Positions 55,620 to 64,000 of a stretch of 64,000 nt of DNA are shown piece after piece; the first letter of the stretch is position 1; the number at the start of each line of letters is the position of its first letter. Under the pieces are notes generated by a model. That model was not told the DNA's origin and ran no database searches. It saw only the letters and a program-made list of their open reading frames with translations. Origin of the DNA: the human T2T-CHM13v2.0 reference genome, Homo sapiens. Both the position numbers and the translations under genes were made by a program. Where the stretch lies: assembly GCF_009914755.1 (NCBI RefSeq), contig NC_060925.1, one strand, 5' to 3'.

Positions 55620-56200
55620 ATCACTACTGCTTAATCAAGAGGTCAAACAATTCCCAAACACAGTGAAGCTTCTAGACTGACTTGCCACATCTCCATAAAT
55701 CCAGTCGGTAAGGAAACAGTGGGTCCTTTAGCACCCATGGCACAGCAGGCAGCATGGGCTTAACAGTTCCCCTTTCCCTGAAAGTTCCAAGAGGGAACTT
55801 GGTGAGCGGTAGCAATGTTGAGTGGGCCTGGGTGGATGCTGAGCGCACAGTGCATCTGTCTCATAGCTGAGAAATGCTATGCTTAGGAAACCCCCAGTCT
55901 TATAAGGGGACCACTAGCAAGCCTACCCAATCTTTGCCCCACAGGGAGACATTATCTTTATTTTTCTGGTTAGCAAAGAAATCTCTGGGGAGGGAGAAGT
56001 GGGGAGATCTTAGTATTCCTTAATATGGCTGGAGGACCATGCCTCTAAATTTCTCCCAGAGGGAGTCACTGTCTTAATAAACAAATCTGCCCTCTGCAAA
56101 AGGAAGACACTACCTTTAGCTTCTAAGGCTGTTTGCTGCCCAAACATCCTGGAAAAGATAGTCTGAGATGTACAAATTCTTTGGAGAATTGTCCCACAAC
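55620..56200 (-). mobile_element. Probable old ERV LTR (MER54/MER74-like)
   Basis: Reverse strand tgtgggacaattctcc...gactatcttttccaggatgtttg...acagcctt resembles a remembered consensus start. Confidence 0.5.
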
Positions 56201-56273
56201 TACTTGTTCAGCAGTGAATATTTTACAAAAGCATCATAATGTAATCATTGATTTAACTATATTGAAAGAATGG

Positions 56274-56702
<429 letters not shown>

Positions 56703-56763
56703 TTAAGTATGTTATTTAGAAAGATGGATGCAACACTAGAAGAAATAGTAGAAAGCCTTATAG

Positions 56764-57201
<438 letters not shown>

Positions 57202-58024
57202 TAACCCCCAACCTCAGGTGATCCGCCTGCCTCGGCCTCCCAAAGTGCTGGGATTACAGGCATGAGCCACCGTGCCCAGCTGGGGCAGTTTTTCATTATA
57301 ATCCTTTTGTTGCTATTTTTTTTTTTAATCTCCAGTGATCTGTGATCATGCCTCATTGAACCTGACCGATCAGCAGCCTTTGATCCAGCTAATTATTACC
57401 TGCTTTTGAAGCACTGTCTTCACAGCACACTCAATGGTTTTCCTCCTACCTCTGTATCTACCCTTTCCCACTCTCTTTTCTTGGTCCCCCTTCATCTGCT
57501 CTACCTCTTAATGTTGAAATGATCCAGGGCTCCGTCCTTGCTAATCTCATGGCTTTATATGGTGACAAATTGCAAATTGTGCAATCAGGAAGTCATTAGA
57601 AATCGTGACAAGAACAAGTTTGGTTGAGTGGTAGAGGTAAAATCTTGGTTGGAGGGAGTCTGAGAGAGAAGTTCATAGATTTATAAAATATAGGTATAAT
57701 CCTTTCAAGGATTCAGATTATTTTTACACTATAAATCCCAAGTAAAACCTTATATTATTGACCAAACACAAATCTAAATGTAAAGACTTTACATTCATGA
57801 ATTCTGTCCCTTATAGATATTTCTCCAGACATGTTTTATGTACCATGACTTATTCGTCGAACTAGTGGTTTTGCCTTTTGTGGTAGAAATAATTTCTTTT
57901 GACCTATCTGCTGTTTGAAAAATCTATTCTCTCCTTGCATCATTTGAACACTCTCTGCTTGTAGTACAATTGTTTAAATGTGGTCTCACCCTGTCACGAA
58001 AGCTGTTGCTGATTTATCAAAGAG

Positions 58025-59275
<1,251 letters not shown>

Positions 59276-61037
59276 TTGAAAAAAGGACCCTGGAACAATG
59301 GAATGCAGGGAGGCTAGGAAGAAGGTATATGTAGGGCGATGGTAGAGTGGAAGTGGGGAAGCCAACTCAAACACTTCTTTATGGTCTCATTTTATTTTTG
59401 CTTTTGCTCTGTTCTTTGCCACTCTTTGTTGTTTAAAACAGCCCAAGTTTCAGCATCTGTTTTTCAGCATCTGCTTTCTTGCCATGGTAGAGGCTGGGGT
59501 GAGGAGCCAATATCTGGAGAGAATTAGTGCCTTCCATGGGCACAGAAAGAGCCCTGGAAATTATTGAGATTGATTGTTTCTTTCTTTCTTTTTTCTAATT
59601 GTTTCTTTAATCTTCGTTTTCCTGCCCACTACCCCTTATTTTGAGTGGTGCTGTGCCTTGATCAGTCTTTGCTAAGGACGTGGTCTGAATCAAGTCCAAG
59701 TTCTCCATGCCTCTTTGAGCCTTGTAATTTGTCAAAGAATAAAGGGAAAAATGGTATTCCAGGAAGTGAGTAGAGTGTAGGATGGCCAGTAGCAATGAGC
59801 TGGCAGACGTAGGCAGTGGCTAGATGGTATTCTTGTGAAGAATTAGGAGTTAACCCTTTAAATGATGATGATACTGATGGTATTAGCTAATATAAACAAG
59901 CCCTTAGTACATGCCTGCTACTGTTTTAAGTGTGTTTCATTAATTAAATCATTTAATTTTCACAACCTCATTAGTAGGAGCTATTTTTATTCCTGTATTA
60001 GAGATGAGAAAAATGCCCAGAGGGATCAAAAGAACTTGCTCAAGAGGCAGAGCTATGTTTTTTATTCATGCACTTTGCCTTCAAATCCTCATTCTTAAGG
60101 CCAATGATATTTACCTACCACATGGTCACTCTAGAAAATGCGTGACATTGAACAAGGTTCCTATGGAAGTTGGGGATGCTTTGTTAGATTTTTCTTGGTT
60201 TTGTTTTGCCTTTAGTAATATCTGTAGTCGCTGGATTGTTTTCAGTGGGGAGATTTCCTCAGGTACTGGGACAAGGTTTCTGACAAGCATGAGAGGTCAT
60301 CAGGGCTCCTCATGTCTTGATAAGATACAACTGACACCGAGTACTGACCCAGACATTGAACTGCTTCCATCTCTTACCACACTGTATCTCCCTGATATCT
60401 TTTCTCCCATGCTTACACAGATTTAACTCAGTGTTGCATCCCTATAGTCATTGCCTTGCATATATTTTTAACTTCTTTGCTTCTCAATTCATTGTATAAG
60501 ATTGGAAAATCCACAACACAGTTTAAATCCAATGGTCAATCTTCTCTATTTATTCTGAGCCTGCACCTATTTAGCTCACCATGGGTGGGGGAAACACACA
60601 ACCGTGCTGACTGGCGTCATGTTGAATTCATAATCAAGAGCCTTGAGTAGGCCCTTAATGTTGTCTGTAATGCTTCCCTAATCCATTCTCTCTCATAATC
60701 TCATAGACAATTTCCCACCTTCTCTGTCCTCTAAGCCTCCCATACCTTTTCTCCATCCTCACTCTCAATTCATGACTTTGCCTCTTTTCTTTTCACTGAG
60801 AAATTAAAGTAATCAGAAGAGAACTTCTACAGACTCCCTCCACCATATCTACCGAGCCACCAGCTTTAGCACCCATATACTCTGCCTTCTCCACCTGTTT
60901 CCATTAGTTAATTTAAAATCACTCCCTCTGCTCAAGCACTGGATCTCATCTCCCTTCCTCTAATGAAGAACACTGCTATACAATTCTCCTATAAATAAAT
61001 TGCCAGTGATTTATTTACTGGCTTCCTTCCTTCATGG

Positions 61038-64000
<2,963 letters not shown>

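Overview
Human (or near-identical great-ape) genomic DNA from the KLHL12-ADIPOR1-CYB5R1 locus (chr1q32.1, recognised from the translated exons). All three genes lie on the minus strand in tandem. CYB5R1 is complete: 9 coding exons, 918 nt, 305 aa, 47930->43253. ADIPOR1 is complete: a non-coding exon 1 plus 7 coding exons, 1128 nt, 375 aa, 31795->22293. Only the 5' part of KLHL12 is present (first exons and two BTB-domain exons); the gene continues off the left edge. All exon junctions were read by hand as GT-AG with consistent phases. The rest is repeat-rich: about 50 Alus, L1MA/L1PA/L1PB copies, THE1, MLT2 and MER4-type LTRs, MER20 and Tigger1. Most ORF-track entries are Alu/L1 artefacts. I see no self-contained novel gene system. 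The best leads are: a predicted in-frame ADIPOR1-KLHL12 read-through chimera, a recursive-splice-like AG|GT site in ADIPOR1 intron 1, two routes to N-terminally extended KLHL12, stress-response motifs at the KLHL12 promoter, a circularly permuted templated insertion upstream of ADIPOR1, and a 28-nt polyadenylated retro-insertion of unknown source. Repeat subfamily names come from memory of consensus sequences and their boundaries are approximate.
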